From a virus, in IMG/VR virus record IMGVR_UViG_3300006184_000006: 40,815 nt of DNA, one strand, 5' to 3'. Position numbers and translations under genes: made by a program. Positions 24,559 to 34,062 of this stretch are shown here, piece after piece. How positions within the stretch are numbered: position 1 is the first letter of the stretch; each line of letters begins with the position of its first letter. The notes under the pieces are model-generated. The model searched no databases, was not told where the DNA came from, and saw only the letters and a list, made by a program, of their open reading frames with translations.

Positions 24559-25134
24559 ATGCCCTCGTTTGAGGAACTGATGGCGAAGCGGAAGGCCGCG
24601 CCGCCGAAAACGGTCAAGGTGGAGGTGCTGCTCGATGTGGAGTCTTCGGAGGAGATCGCGGCCCTGCAGGCGCAGATGGATGACCTCGCGTCGAACGCAG
24701 ACCAGCGTCTAGGAGTGTCGGATGGGTCGGAGGAGATTCAGGCACAGATCGATGCGCTGAAAGACGTCACTGCCGACGCGATTCTCACGCTTGAGTTTGA
24801 GCGGCTGCCTGGCGATCTCTGGACTGACGTGATCGCGAAGAACCCCTCTCGCGGGGAGTCGGCGCTGGACCTCACCTACGGGTACAACGTCGACGCTGCC
24901 GCGCGGGCGGCGGCGAAGGCTCAGCGTGGTGGGCATGCGTTCGGCTGGTGTGCTGAGGATGGCAAGTCGCGCACCCTCACCGATGAGCAGTGGGACGACC
25001 TGTTCTCGATGCTCTCCGGTCATGACATGACGGAGATCCGGGACGCGATCTGGAACCTCAACGAGTGGGCGCCGACGATGCGGCTTCTCGCGGCAAAAAA
25101 AGCATCGGCCGGGATCGAGACCGGCTCGAACTAG
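24559..25134 (+). CDS. Tail assembly chaperone (gpG-like)
   Basis: 191 aa and acidic. GGAAGGA lies upstream of ATG 24559. The slippery A7 run is near its 3' end. Confidence 0.8.
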   Translation: MPSFEELMAKRKAAPPKTVKVEVLLDVESSEEIAALQAQMDDLASNADQRLGVSDGSEEIQAQIDALKDVTADAILTLEFERLPGDLWTDVIAKNPSRGESALDLTYGYNVDAAARAAAKAQRGGHAFGWCAEDGKSRTLTDEQWDDLFSMLSGHDMTEIRDAIWNLNEWAPTMRLLAAKKASAGIETGSN

Positions 25135-25505
25135 CGCTGCAGATGGGGGTCTCGCCACGGCGCCTGTCGGGGTGGGAACCAATCGAGGTTCACGAGTGCG
25201 AGTACGACGGTGAAGGTCGACTCGTTCGGACCGTCGTGCAGCGCGAACCGGAGTTCGATGAGAACGACCGCGAGATGCTCACCGCACACATGCTGTTGAA
25301 GATGGACACGGGCCAGTACGGCGAATCCATCAGCGAGGCAACATCGGAGAAGGCGGACCCGACCTACACCGGTGCTGATGCGGTCAGGTACAGCGCCGGC
25401 TACCGCGTCAATCACGCTGCAGCTGCGGTCGATCTTCTCCGAGAGAAGACGAAGGATCTACCCAAGGGGGCGGAGTTCTACGTCGAGCGGGAAACGTTCG
25501 AGTAG
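24559..25505 (+). CDS. Tail assembly chaperone, -1 frameshift fusion product (gpGT-like)
   Basis: A shift at A_AAA_AAA (25095-25101) moves translation from the frame of 24559 into the frame of track ORF 25065-25505. This is the conserved arrangement upstream of the tape measure gene. Confidence 0.7.
25095..25101 (+). promoter_or_regulatory. Programmed -1 ribosomal frameshift slippery heptamer A_AAA_AAA
   Basis: gcA AAA AAA gca in the zero frame. The -1 frame stays open for a further 404 nt, to 25505. Confidence 0.7.
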
Positions 25506-25742
25506 CTAGCGCTCCCGCATGAAGTAGCTGTATCCGCCGGCGCACGCGATTGCCCCCGCAATGGCGAGCCCAGCGAGGGCGATGGCGGAAGTAGCTGGCG
25601 AACTCGCAGCCAAGGCGACGGCCAACGCGACGAACCCGACGCCCCCGACGATCGACGCCAGACCCAGCAGGGTGACCCACACCGGCCTTACGGACCGCTC
25701 GGGCGCGGGCGGTTTCGCCTCTGAATCCCCGAAGTACGTCAT
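25506..25742 (-). CDS. Antisense-oriented small membrane protein (78 aa, two TM helices)
   Basis: MTYFGDSEAKPPAPERSVRPVWVTLLGLASIVGGVGFVALAVALAAS..AIALAGLAIAGAIACAGGYSYFMRER. GC3 is very high in this frame. No plus-strand ORF fills the 281-bp gap between the gpT-like stop and the tape measure start. The track ORF extends to a TTG at 25766. Confidence 0.65.
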   Translation of the reverse strand: MTYFGDSEAKPPAPERSVRPVWVTLLGLASIVGGVGFVALAVALAASSPATSAIALAGLAIAGAIACAGGYSYFMRER

Positions 25743-25786
25743 GCCCTGAACTCTACAACTCCACAACGCCGTGACGGGAGGCCATC

Positions 25787-28519
25787 GTGACCGATCGCAC
25801 CGTAAAGGTCTCCCTTGTCGCCCAAGTGCAGGGCTATATCTCCGGGATGGAGAAGGCCGCCAAGGCCACCCGCGAGACCGGTGGCGAGGCGGAGAAGCTC
25901 GGTCAGAAGAAGGAAGCGTTCCAGCAGATCGGCACTGCGGCGATTGCTATGGGCGCCGTCGCCGCTGCTGGCGTTGCCCTGGCCATCAAGAAGTTCGCTG
26001 ACTTCGACGCCCAGATGTCGCAGGTGCAGTCCCTGTCTCATGCAACAGCCAGCGAGATGGACCAACTGCGCGACGCCTCGCTCAACATGGGCCAGGCGAT
26101 CGGGTTCTCCGCTACTCAGGTGGCCGACGCTGAGACCGAACTCGTCAAAGCGGGTGTGTCGGTCAAGGACATCCTTGGTGGTGGTCTTGTTGGCGCCCTG
26201 AACCTTGCTGCTGCTGGGCAGATCGAGGTTGGTAAGGCAACTGAGATCGCTGCCGTTGCGTTGACCCAGTTCAAACTGCAGGGTAAGGACGTACCGCACG
26301 TCGCTGACCTTCTCGCGGCCGGGGCCGACAAGGCACTCGGCGGCGTAGACCAGCTCGGTCAGGCCCTGAACCAGGGTGGTCTTGTCGCCGCGCAGTTCGG
26401 CCTCAGTGTCGATGACACGGTGGGCACCCTGTCAGCGTTCGCGAACGCTGGTCTTCTCGGGTCGGATGCTGGTACGTCGTTCAAGCAGATGCTGCTGTCT
26501 CTGGCGTCGCCGTCACAGAAGGCGGCGGACACGATGAAGCAGTACAACATCCAGGCGTACGACGCTCAGGGCAACTTCGTCGGCATCACGAACCTCGCCG
26601 GCCAGCTGCAGAAGAACCTTGGCGGGGTGTCGCAGGCGCAGCGCGATTCTGCTCTCTCAATCATCTTCGGCTCCGATGCCATCCGTACCGCGAATGTCCT
26701 CTACAAGGAGGGCTCGAAGGGCATCAAGGGATGGATCGACAGCGTCAACGACACCGGATTCGCGGCCGAGCAGGCGCGCGGGAAGATGGACAACCTCAAC
26801 GGCGACCTGAAGAAACTCGGCGCCGCATTCGATACCGCCCTGATCAATACAGGGTCTAACGCGAACGACGTCTTGAGGGAGACGGTTCAGGCGATCACGG
26901 GGCTGGTGTCGGCCTTCGGCGAGCTCCCGGCGCCTGCACAGGGTGTCGTTCTTGCCGGCGGGGCTGTCGTCGCGGCGATCGGTCTCATTGGTGGGGGTGC
27001 TTTGACCCTCGTGCCAAAACTCGCGGAGATGAAGATCGCCCTCGAGACCCTCGGCACGTCGATGCGGACGGTGAGTCTCGCTGGTGGTGCAATCGCTCTC
27101 GTCGTGGCGGGTCTCATCCAGGTGTTCGCGGAGTTTGGCGAGAAGCAGGCGCAGATTGCGTCGGATGCCTCATCTTTGGCTGAGACTCTCGACAAAGAGA
27201 CTGGCGCGATTACGAAGAACACTCGGGAATTCGTGGCGAACAAGCTTGCGAAGGATGGGACTCTCGAGCTCACCAAGAAACTCGGCCTTGCATCGAACGA
27301 CGTCATCAACGCGTACTTGCAGCAGCCAGCGGCGCTGAAGCGGGTTCAGTCTGCGGTCAACGAACTCGACAAGAGTGAGAGCAAGTACATCGACGGCCTC
27401 GATAAGGGCAAGTACACAGCTCAAGACCTTATCGACGTGCGAGCCAAGTTGGGCTCGGTCGTCGGCGACGGTGCTGCTGCGATGAGCCAGGCGAAGACTG
27501 AAGCGGAAGCGCTGGCAGAGGCAGAGACATCCTCCGCTGATGCGAGCGATACCGCTTCCGCGAGCGCGTCCACCGCGGCCACGGCGTATATCGACGCAGC
27601 GAAAGGCGCTCAGGAACTCGGAGACCAGATTTCTCAGTTGGTCGACGAGATCAACAAGGCCAACGGTGTCGGGCAAGACGCAATCTCCACCAACTCGGCA
27701 TATCAAACTGCGCTGGCGAAGGTCCAGGACACCATCAAGAAGGCCAAGGAAGGTGCCGAGGGGTACTCGACTTCGCTCGACACTGCTACCGCTGCTGGCG
27801 CAAGCAACGTGGACATGTTCGCCGACTTGGCCGAGAAGTCACAGGCTGCCGCTAAGGCCCAGTTCGAGGTTGACCACAATTCGCAGTCGTATGTCGCGAA
27901 TCTGCAGGCTGGCCGACAGGCACTGATCGACAACATCACAGCTCTGGGCGGGACTGCTGCGCAAGCCCAGGCGGTTGCTGACCAGGTCTACCGGATCCCC
28001 GACGAGAAGGCCGTCAAGATACTCGCGGACGCAGCGCAGGCGCAGCACAACATCGACGTGTTCAACCAGTGGCTGGCTTCGATCCCTTCGGAACGGATCG
28101 TCAACATCGTCACTCGTTCGAATGCGAAGGTGAACGCCTCAGATGGTCCGGGTTTCGCTACGGGTGGGCGAATCAGTGGGCCTGGGACGGGGACGTCTGA
28201 CTCGATCCCGATCTGGGCGTCCAACGGCGAGTACATGAACACCGCCAAGGCTGCGTCGAACCCGAACAACCTCGCGGCCATGGAGTACATGAACCGTGGC
28301 GGTGAGATCCGTGGGTACGCGGGTGGCGGGCAAATCCAGCCGACCTACGTGCCGGCGTCGTCGTTCGCTTCGGCGCCCACCGTGACAGTGAAGACGTCGG
28401 ATCGTCCGATCTACATGGACGGTCAACTGTTCGGGATGCTGCGCGAGATGGCGAATGGGGAAGCCCAGATCGTTGTGAACGCGAACGAAACCGCACGCAC
28501 ACGACGCGCTCGAATGTGA
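25787..28519 (+). CDS. Tape measure protein
   Basis: 910 aa, Ala/Gly/Gln-rich and helical with internal hydrophobic segments. GGGAGG lies before the GTG start. It sits after the G/GT chaperones. Confidence 0.93.
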   Translation: MTDRTVKVSLVAQVQGYISGMEKAAKATRETGGEAEKLGQKKEAFQQIGTAAIAMGAVAAAGVALAIKKFADFDAQMSQVQSLSHATASEMDQLRDASLNMGQAIGFSATQVADAETELVKAGVSVKDILGGGLVGALNLAAAGQIEVGKATEIAAVALTQFKLQGKDVPHVADLLAAGADKALGGVDQLGQALNQGGLVAAQFGLSVDDTVGTLSAFANAGLLGSDAGTSFKQMLLSLASPSQKAADTMKQYNIQAYDAQGNFVGITNLAGQLQKNLGGVSQAQRDSALSIIFGSDAIRTANVLYKEGSKGIKGWIDSVNDTGFAAEQARGKMDNLNGDLKKLGAAFDTALINTGSNANDVLRETVQAITGLVSAFGELPAPAQGVVLAGGAVVAAIGLIGGGALTLVPKLAEMKIALETLGTSMRTVSLAGGAIALVVAGLIQVFAEFGEKQAQIASDASSLAETLDKETGAITKNTREFVANKLAKDGTLELTKKLGLASNDVINAYLQQPAALKRVQSAVNELDKSESKYIDGLDKGKYTAQDLIDVRAKLGSVVGDGAAAMSQAKTEAEALAEAETSSADASDTASASASTAATAYIDAAKGAQELGDQISQLVDEINKANGVGQDAISTNSAYQTALAKVQDTIKKAKEGAEGYSTSLDTATAAGASNVDMFADLAEKSQAAAKAQFEVDHNSQSYVANLQAGRQALIDNITALGGTAAQAQAVADQVYRIPDEKAVKILADAAQAQHNIDVFNQWLASIPSERIVNIVTRSNAKVNASDGPGFATGGRISGPGTGTSDSIPIWASNGEYMNTAKAASNPNNLAAMEYMNRGGEIRGYAGGGQIQPTYVPASSFASAPTVTVKTSDRPIYMDGQLFGMLREMANGEAQIVVNANETARTRRARM

Positions 28520-28529
28520 GAGGTGAACG

Positions 28530-29366
28530 ATGGCTTACGCTCCCACATTGAACGTGTCGACTGATGCGGCCCCGTGCCCGCGCGTGGAGGTGCTGTTCAA
28601 CACCTTCGCCGCGGGCACGACCGCCGTGGATGTGTACCGTCTCGCGGGTGGTCGTGAGTACCTCGTGCGTGGCGCGGTGAAGACCGCTGTGGCTGGGGCG
28701 TTGTCTCGTATCGACTTCGAGGTTCCGTTCGGTGTGCCGGTGCAGTACCGGGCGGAGATGTTCAACTCGTCCGGGTTGTCGCTCGGGTTCACGGACACTG
28801 CGACGACCACCGTGTTTGTGGCGGAGACGTGGGTGCATAACCCGCTTGACCCGCAGGGGGCAACCATTGTGGCGTTCAGGGCGACCGCGGCTCGTGAGGT
28901 GAAGCGACCTCACGAAGGCGACATTGTCTGGCCCGAGGGTCGCACCGTGGGTGTGGTGGTGTCCGGTCAGCGGCGTGGTGTTCAGGATGCCGTCTTGGAC
29001 GTCATCGTGGACTCGATCGTGCAGGCCGACAAGCTGCAGGCCATGTTCGGTTCCTATGGGACCCGCACCACACCGGTGATCTGTTTCCGTATCGGCGCAA
29101 ACGATCGTGTTCGTTTGCCGCGGCCGTTCTTCGCCGGGATCCTCGAGCTGTCCGAGCAGGACCAGAACTATGCGATTGGCACTGGGGAGAAGATCGCGTA
29201 TGGGATGACGGGCAGTGAAGTGTCCCCGCCGACCCCGGCACTGGTGGTGCCACTGCTGACCCGTGCTGACTTGAATGCGGCGTTCGCGACGCGGGCTGCG
29301 TTGAATTCGTTCTTCCTCACCCGTTTGGATGCGAACCGGGCGTACCAGTTCGCCGGGAGCGCCTGA
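28530..29366 (+). CDS. Distal tail protein (Dit-like minor tail protein)
   Basis: 278 aa. It is the first gene after the tape measure gene. Confidence 0.65.
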   Translation: MAYAPTLNVSTDAAPCPRVEVLFNTFAAGTTAVDVYRLAGGREYLVRGAVKTAVAGALSRIDFEVPFGVPVQYRAEMFNSSGLSLGFTDTATTTVFVAETWVHNPLDPQGATIVAFRATAAREVKRPHEGDIVWPEGRTVGVVVSGQRRGVQDAVLDVIVDSIVQADKLQAMFGSYGTRTTPVICFRIGANDRVRLPRPFFAGILELSEQDQNYAIGTGEKIAYGMTGSEVSPPTPALVVPLLTRADLNAAFATRAALNSFFLTRLDANRAYQFAGSA

Positions 29367-30478
29367 TGAGGGCCCGCACGGCAGCCCTGGATGATGTCCT
29401 CACTGGGTCGCACAGTCGGCGCTTGTTCGTGGATGTGTTCCACGGGTCGGATCGTGTGCTGCAGGGCCTAGAGATGGAGGAGTGGGAGCTTGAGGGTGAC
29501 CTGAGCCAAGAGGTGAAACTGTCGGGGTCTGCGACGATTTCGTATCAGTCGGTGTCTGGGGAGTCTCTTGTCCCGTCCGGGACGCAGGGAGTTCTGTCAC
29601 CGTTTCGGGCGCGACTGCTGTTGACAATGGAGATCCAGGCAGGCGACTTCACCGAACTGGTCACCCTGGGGTGGGCGCGCCTCAGCACGGTCCCCGCTGG
29701 TGTCGACTACTGGGCGGACACCCGTTACGGGAAGTTCGTAGTTGCTTCGTTCGTGAAGATCGAATGGGCGGGCCTTGAGGATTACGTCCGCCGGCGCGGC
29801 TTTCGTTCGCCGGAACAACCACCGTCCGTGACATCCACGTATGCGGAGTTGCGGCGCGTCACCGGGATGACGGTTGTGCAGACAGTGGCGGATGCTGTCC
29901 TTCCTACAGGGATCACGTACGACACCAGCAGTGGCGGTCGACTCAAAGGTGTTCAGCTGCTGTGGGACAACCTCGGATGCATCGGAGCGATCAACCCTGC
30001 AGGTCAGTGGTATGGGATTCCGAAGGCGGCAGGCGACCCGGTGGGGACGCTGACGAAGGGTCGTAACGGGACCATCATCGACGTCGGCTATCAGGTCGAG
30101 ACCGACAACATTTACAACTGTGTGGTCGGTGTCTTCGAAGACGCGAACCGGAACCCGATCTACTCGGTCGCCGAGGTGAAAGACGGGCCACTGTCCACGA
30201 GTGGACTGTACGGGGAGAACACCCTGCAGTACACGTCCTCGGTGCCGACCACGCAGGCTGCGGCGGACGCGACGACTCAGTCGTTGCTGACTCAGTCGAT
30301 TGGTGGGCAGACGTACGAAGTCCCCATCACCTGTATCAGTAATCCGGTGTTCGAGCTCGGTGATGTTCTTGCCGTGTCCGGGCACACACGCCCGCTGCAG
30401 GGCCGGTTGATCAAGTACCGGATGACGAACGCGGCACTCATGGATGTGACGCTTGAGGTGCAGAGGACCTTCGGATGA
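29366..30478 (+). CDS. Tail-associated (Tal-like, baseplate hub) minor tail protein
   Basis: 370 aa. It is the second gene after the tape measure gene, with a coupled start. Confidence 0.6.
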   Translation: MRARTAALDDVLTGSHSRRLFVDVFHGSDRVLQGLEMEEWELEGDLSQEVKLSGSATISYQSVSGESLVPSGTQGVLSPFRARLLLTMEIQAGDFTELVTLGWARLSTVPAGVDYWADTRYGKFVVASFVKIEWAGLEDYVRRRGFRSPEQPPSVTSTYAELRRVTGMTVVQTVADAVLPTGITYDTSSGGRLKGVQLLWDNLGCIGAINPAGQWYGIPKAAGDPVGTLTKGRNGTIIDVGYQVETDNIYNCVVGVFEDANRNPIYSVAEVKDGPLSTSGLYGENTLQYTSSVPTTQAAADATTQSLLTQSIGGQTYEVPITCISNPVFELGDVLAVSGHTRPLQGRLIKYRMTNAALMDVTLEVQRTFG

Positions 30479-31335
30479 GAGACGCCGATGACATCTTCAA
30501 GGACCGGTTGAACGCGCTCCCAGATGTTGACCGTCGCACGGCTGTGTTCGTGAAGATGATGGGCAGCCTGGCTCAGGTGAACACCGGACCGACGACGATC
30601 ATGGTCCCGTGTGTTGGGTTCACTCCGCCGGTTCCGGGCATGACGGTTCAGATGGAACGCACTGCCGGTCAGTGGAAGGTGACGGGTCCCGCGGTGGCTT
30701 TGCCGGCTGTGGGGACGATCACCGCCACTGGTAGTCCGACTGCGACGGTCACGATCGGTGGGGGTGCGTACACGCTGTTCTACCGGTCTGGGTACACACC
30801 GACGCTGGGTGATTCGGTGGAGGTCAACTGGGCGACGGGTGTCATTCAGGGCAGGATCACCGGCTCAAATTCGGGCACTGATCCGGGGACGAACCCGGGC
30901 GGTGGGCCGACACCGTTGCCGGGTGATCCGGTGTTGGCGACGAACTCTGGTCAGTACCGGTCGAGGTGGCAGTCGAATGATGTGCGAGCTTCCGACAGTG
31001 TGTCTGGGGCGTGGTTCTACTCGGGTCGGGTGGCTGCTGCGCTCACCGGTGCGTCGGTGTCGAAGGTCGAGATCTACCTTCCCCTTCGAACCCAAGTCGG
31101 GGTGTGCAACATCGGCACCCACGGGTATGCGGACATGCCTGGCGGGTGGACGGGCATAGCGAACTCCACCGCCCTGAATCCTCGCGGCGGGTGGGTTTCC
31201 CTCCCGCTGTCATTCGTTTCTGCCCTCGCCGCTGGTGGGGGCATTGCTGTGACGTCCGGCAATGGTGACAACCAGTGGTCGGGGACACAGTCTGATCCGC
31301 TTTCTGGCGCTCTGCGCTTCCAAGGAACCCGATAG
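30475..31335 (+). CDS. Minor tail protein
   Basis: 286 aa, Gly/Thr-rich, with a coupled start. Confidence 0.6.
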   Translation: MRDADDIFKDRLNALPDVDRRTAVFVKMMGSLAQVNTGPTTIMVPCVGFTPPVPGMTVQMERTAGQWKVTGPAVALPAVGTITATGSPTATVTIGGGAYTLFYRSGYTPTLGDSVEVNWATGVIQGRITGSNSGTDPGTNPGGGPTPLPGDPVLATNSGQYRSRWQSNDVRASDSVSGAWFYSGRVAAALTGASVSKVEIYLPLRTQVGVCNIGTHGYADMPGGWTGIANSTALNPRGGWVSLPLSFVSALAAGGGIAVTSGNGDNQWSGTQSDPLSGALRFQGTR

Positions 31336-31345
31336 GAGATCCCCG

Positions 31346-31930
31346 ATGGCTGTTGACACGTATGGTCCGAGAAGCGAGCCGCAGTTCGTTGCGGGTGGCG
31401 CGCCAGCCATTGATGTGGACCCGACCGCAGTCGGTGCCCACGTTGCGCTGATGGGTAACCATGTCATCGGAACCACGATGCAACGGAACGCGAACGTCAT
31501 CCCGAACGCTGGTGCGAAAGCAGTGTGGGACGGTCTCCTCTGGTCGGACACAACGGACGGGTACACGTACAAGCGCATCGGTGGTGCGTGGGTGCGTCAG
31601 CTTGAAGACACCGGGTGGGTGCCGCTTTCCTATGCGGCGAACTGGTCCGACTTCAACGCCGGGTATCCGTCGCTGGCGATTCGCCGGAAGAACGGTCTCA
31701 CGATGCTCAGCGGCATGGGGAAGACCACGGCCGGCTCTGGTGTCGGAACACTGATCACCACTGTCCCGGTCGGGTTTCGCATCAGCCGGCAGGAAGTGCG
31801 AGTGACGATCGGTGCCGGTGGTGCTTGCTCGCTCGAGATCTTCGCGGACGGTTCCGTCAAGGCGGGGCCTGGTGGTGTGTACGCCACGTGGACGTCGCTC
31901 AGCGGCGTCTCCTGGAACGCGGACAACTAG
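31346..31930 (+). CDS. Minor tail protein (possible receptor-binding component)
   Basis: 194 aa. ATG 31346 follows GGAGAT. The track ORF starts at 31262. Confidence 0.55.
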   Translation: MAVDTYGPRSEPQFVAGGAPAIDVDPTAVGAHVALMGNHVIGTTMQRNANVIPNAGAKAVWDGLLWSDTTDGYTYKRIGGAWVRQLEDTGWVPLSYAANWSDFNAGYPSLAIRRKNGLTMLSGMGKTTAGSGVGTLITTVPVGFRISRQEVRVTIGAGGACSLEIFADGSVKAGPGGVYATWTSLSGVSWNADN

Positions 31931-31939
31931 GGGAACCTG

Positions 31940-32803
31940 ATGTCGATCATTGATGGGAAAGGTTTGGTCACCTGGGAGGGTGGCCTGTTCGAGCCCGGGA
32001 GTGATCTCCTCGGGCGCACCCAGTGGGCGTTCGCGCAGATCCGTAGCGCCGGCGGGACGATCGTCCTCAACGAGGCGGGGCGCCCGTACGGTGTGCCCTC
32101 GGATCAGTATGTGCGGAACGCGTCTCAGACGGCGTCGGGGATCTCGACCGTGTACTTCCAGTGGGGTCGCTACCTGCGCGGTGAGACCCCTTCGGCTGCG
32201 AACCCTGCCCTTGGCCCTCTGGCGTCGGAGCACACGCAGGGTATCGCGACGGACACCAACGCCCCCTCTGTGTTCGACATGACTCTGCGCGCGAAGTATT
32301 TCGGGCAGGCGGGGCTGAAGAACACGATCGCGTCGGAGTCGTGGCACTGGGCCATTCGGGGGCCTGTCCAGGCTGGAGTTTCTTTGGCGGCGGTCAGCGG
32401 CGCCACCTCGATCAACAACACCCCTCAAGGAGATGAAGTAGACATGGCAAGCCTCGCCGAAGTCCGCCAGCAGCAGGACGCGTCCAACGCCGCCCAGACC
32501 GAACTCATCAAGCAGATGCTCCTCCGCGAGGAGCGCGGCCGTCTCTACTACTGCTCGCAGCCCGCGGCCGGGCTGCCGAACTTCATCATCATCTTCTGGC
32601 AGCGCGACCCGGGGCAGAAGGCGATCCTCTACCTCAACGATGGGGAGACGCAGGCGCGGAACGCACGCGAGTACTACTTCCAGACGTACGACACGGTCGA
32701 GCAGGCGAAGGCGGCTGAGATCGCGCCGGGCACGTTCTCGAAGCTCGTCGACTTCGCCGAGGGCCGTGACTCTTCCTACACGAACGCTCGAGCGCCGAAG
32801 TAG
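31940..32803 (+). CDS. Endolysin: N-terminal M15 (VanY/D-Ala-D-Ala carboxypeptidase-like) zinc peptidase plus an unrecognised C-terminal domain
   Basis: SEHTQGIATD (the H-x6-D zinc ligands) and ESWHWAIRG (the second His). It lies directly upstream of the membrane proteins. Confidence 0.78.
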   Translation: MSIIDGKGLVTWEGGLFEPGSDLLGRTQWAFAQIRSAGGTIVLNEAGRPYGVPSDQYVRNASQTASGISTVYFQWGRYLRGETPSAANPALGPLASEHTQGIATDTNAPSVFDMTLRAKYFGQAGLKNTIASESWHWAIRGPVQAGVSLAAVSGATSINNTPQGDEVDMASLAEVRQQQDASNAAQTELIKQMLLREERGRLYYCSQPAAGLPNFIIIFWQRDPGQKAILYLNDGETQARNAREYYFQTYDTVEQAKAAEIAPGTFSKLVDFAEGRDSSYTNARAPK

Positions 32804-32830
32804 CCCTCCTACTCCCTGAGAGGGGGATTC

Positions 32831-33325
32831 ATGGTCGCCACTGACCCGAACGCCATCGACGATCGACGGAAGTTCAAAGAAGCCCTGATCCGCTACGTGG
32901 ACATGGCGGCCTACCTTGCCGTGTTCCTCGGCGGGGTGGGCGCGTTCCTGTCCACCCCTCAGACGGTGAAGTCCGCCCTGTACGGATTCCCCTGGCTGAT
33001 CGCAATCTGGGGGTCTCTGCTGCTCATCGGTGGCGCGCTCGGGTTCGTCGGCCGACTCACCCGCATTTGGGTGATCGAGATCCCCGGCGCCTCGGCCGGG
33101 TTCTTCGGCTCGGCGATGTACTTCGTCATCCTCGGACTGGCTGCACTCCGATTGCCTACAGCGATCGTTGCGGTCGCGTTGGTGGCGTGCATGATGGCGC
33201 TCCTCGGACGCCGGTACATCGAACTGCAGATCCTGACATCCGAGCCCGGCCATGTGCGTTTCCGGGAGAAGGTCCGACAGATCCTGCAACGGAGGACGGC
33301 AGACACAGTTTCCAAGCACCACTAG
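32831..33325 (+). CDS. Holin-like membrane protein (164 aa, about 4 TM)
   Basis: Four hydrophobic stretches. GAGAGGGGG lies upstream. It follows the endolysin gene. Confidence 0.62.
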   Translation: MVATDPNAIDDRRKFKEALIRYVDMAAYLAVFLGGVGAFLSTPQTVKSALYGFPWLIAIWGSLLLIGGALGFVGRLTRIWVIEIPGASAGFFGSAMYFVILGLAALRLPTAIVAVALVACMMALLGRRYIELQILTSEPGHVRFREKVRQILQRRTADTVSKHH

Positions 33326-33334
33326 GGGGAAGCG

Positions 33335-33691
33335 GTGAAGAACATCGACCCCGCCTTGGTGATCGCACTGTTGGGTGCTGGTGGTCTGGGAGCGTTCGTC
33401 AAGGACATCTTCGAGGGCCTCTGGAAACTCCGTTCGGGTGTGTCTGCCCGGGAGACGAAGCGACGTATCGACGTCGTGCAGCAGCGTGACGAGGCGTACA
33501 CGCGCCTCGAGCAGGAACGCGACCGTGCTGACCGTGCTGAGCGCAACGTAGCTGCGTTGCGTGAGTACGTGACTGATCTCCGCATTCAGTTGCGGACAGC
33601 TGGTGTTCAGCGCAACGAGATCGCACCCCAGCCTGATCTTGAAAGAACCCTGGACCGTAATGAGGTCCGCCGCATCATCGACAAGGAGTAA
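33335..33691 (+). CDS. Membrane-anchored coiled-coil protein (118 aa; lysis accessory candidate)
   Basis: The N-terminal TM segment is ALVIALLGAGGLGAFV, followed by a charged helical region. Confidence 0.55.
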   Translation: MKNIDPALVIALLGAGGLGAFVKDIFEGLWKLRSGVSARETKRRIDVVQQRDEAYTRLEQERDRADRAERNVAALREYVTDLRIQLRTAGVQRNEIAPQPDLERTLDRNEVRRIIDKE

Positions 33692-33695
33692 CCCC

Positions 33696-34028
33696 ATGAG
33701 CGACAACACCAGCAATCTCGGCTCGGTCATCACGAGCCCGACCGCACGCAAGCTCATCTATGGCGTGTATGTCATCGCAGTCGTCGTGATCGGCGCGATC
33801 CAGGTCGCCTACGCGTCCGTGCCCGCTTGGGGTGGACAGCCCGATTGGCTGACCGCAGCACTGCAGGTCACCGCGTCCCTCGGCATCCCGGTCGGCGGTC
33901 TCGCTCTGGTGAACACCAGCAACGGTACGTCGAAGGATCAGGTGCTCGCGAAGCATGCTCTCCTGACGCCGTCCGAGCAGGAGGCATCCGAGAACGCCGC
34001 GACATCCCGGGTGACCGGCGACGTCTGA
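33696..34028 (+). CDS. Membrane protein (110 aa, 2 TM; holin-like)
   Basis: YGVYVIAVVVIGAIQVAYA and LQVTASLGIPVGGLALV. ATG 33696 is in the frame of the track ORF starting at 33603. Confidence 0.55.
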   Translation: MSDNTSNLGSVITSPTARKLIYGVYVIAVVVIGAIQVAYASVPAWGGQPDWLTAALQVTASLGIPVGGLALVNTSNGTSKDQVLAKHALLTPSEQEASENAATSRVTGDV

Positions 34029-34062
34029 ACTACCCCTCTGATCCGGTAGCGAAGGAGCCATC

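Noticed and set aside
31043-33757. 904-aa minus-strand ORF, the longest on that strand
   Set aside because: It is an antisense shadow of well-supported plus-strand genes (minor tail, endolysin, holins). It is Arg/Pro/Gly-rich with no motifs. Long stop-free antisense frames are expected in high-GC DNA.
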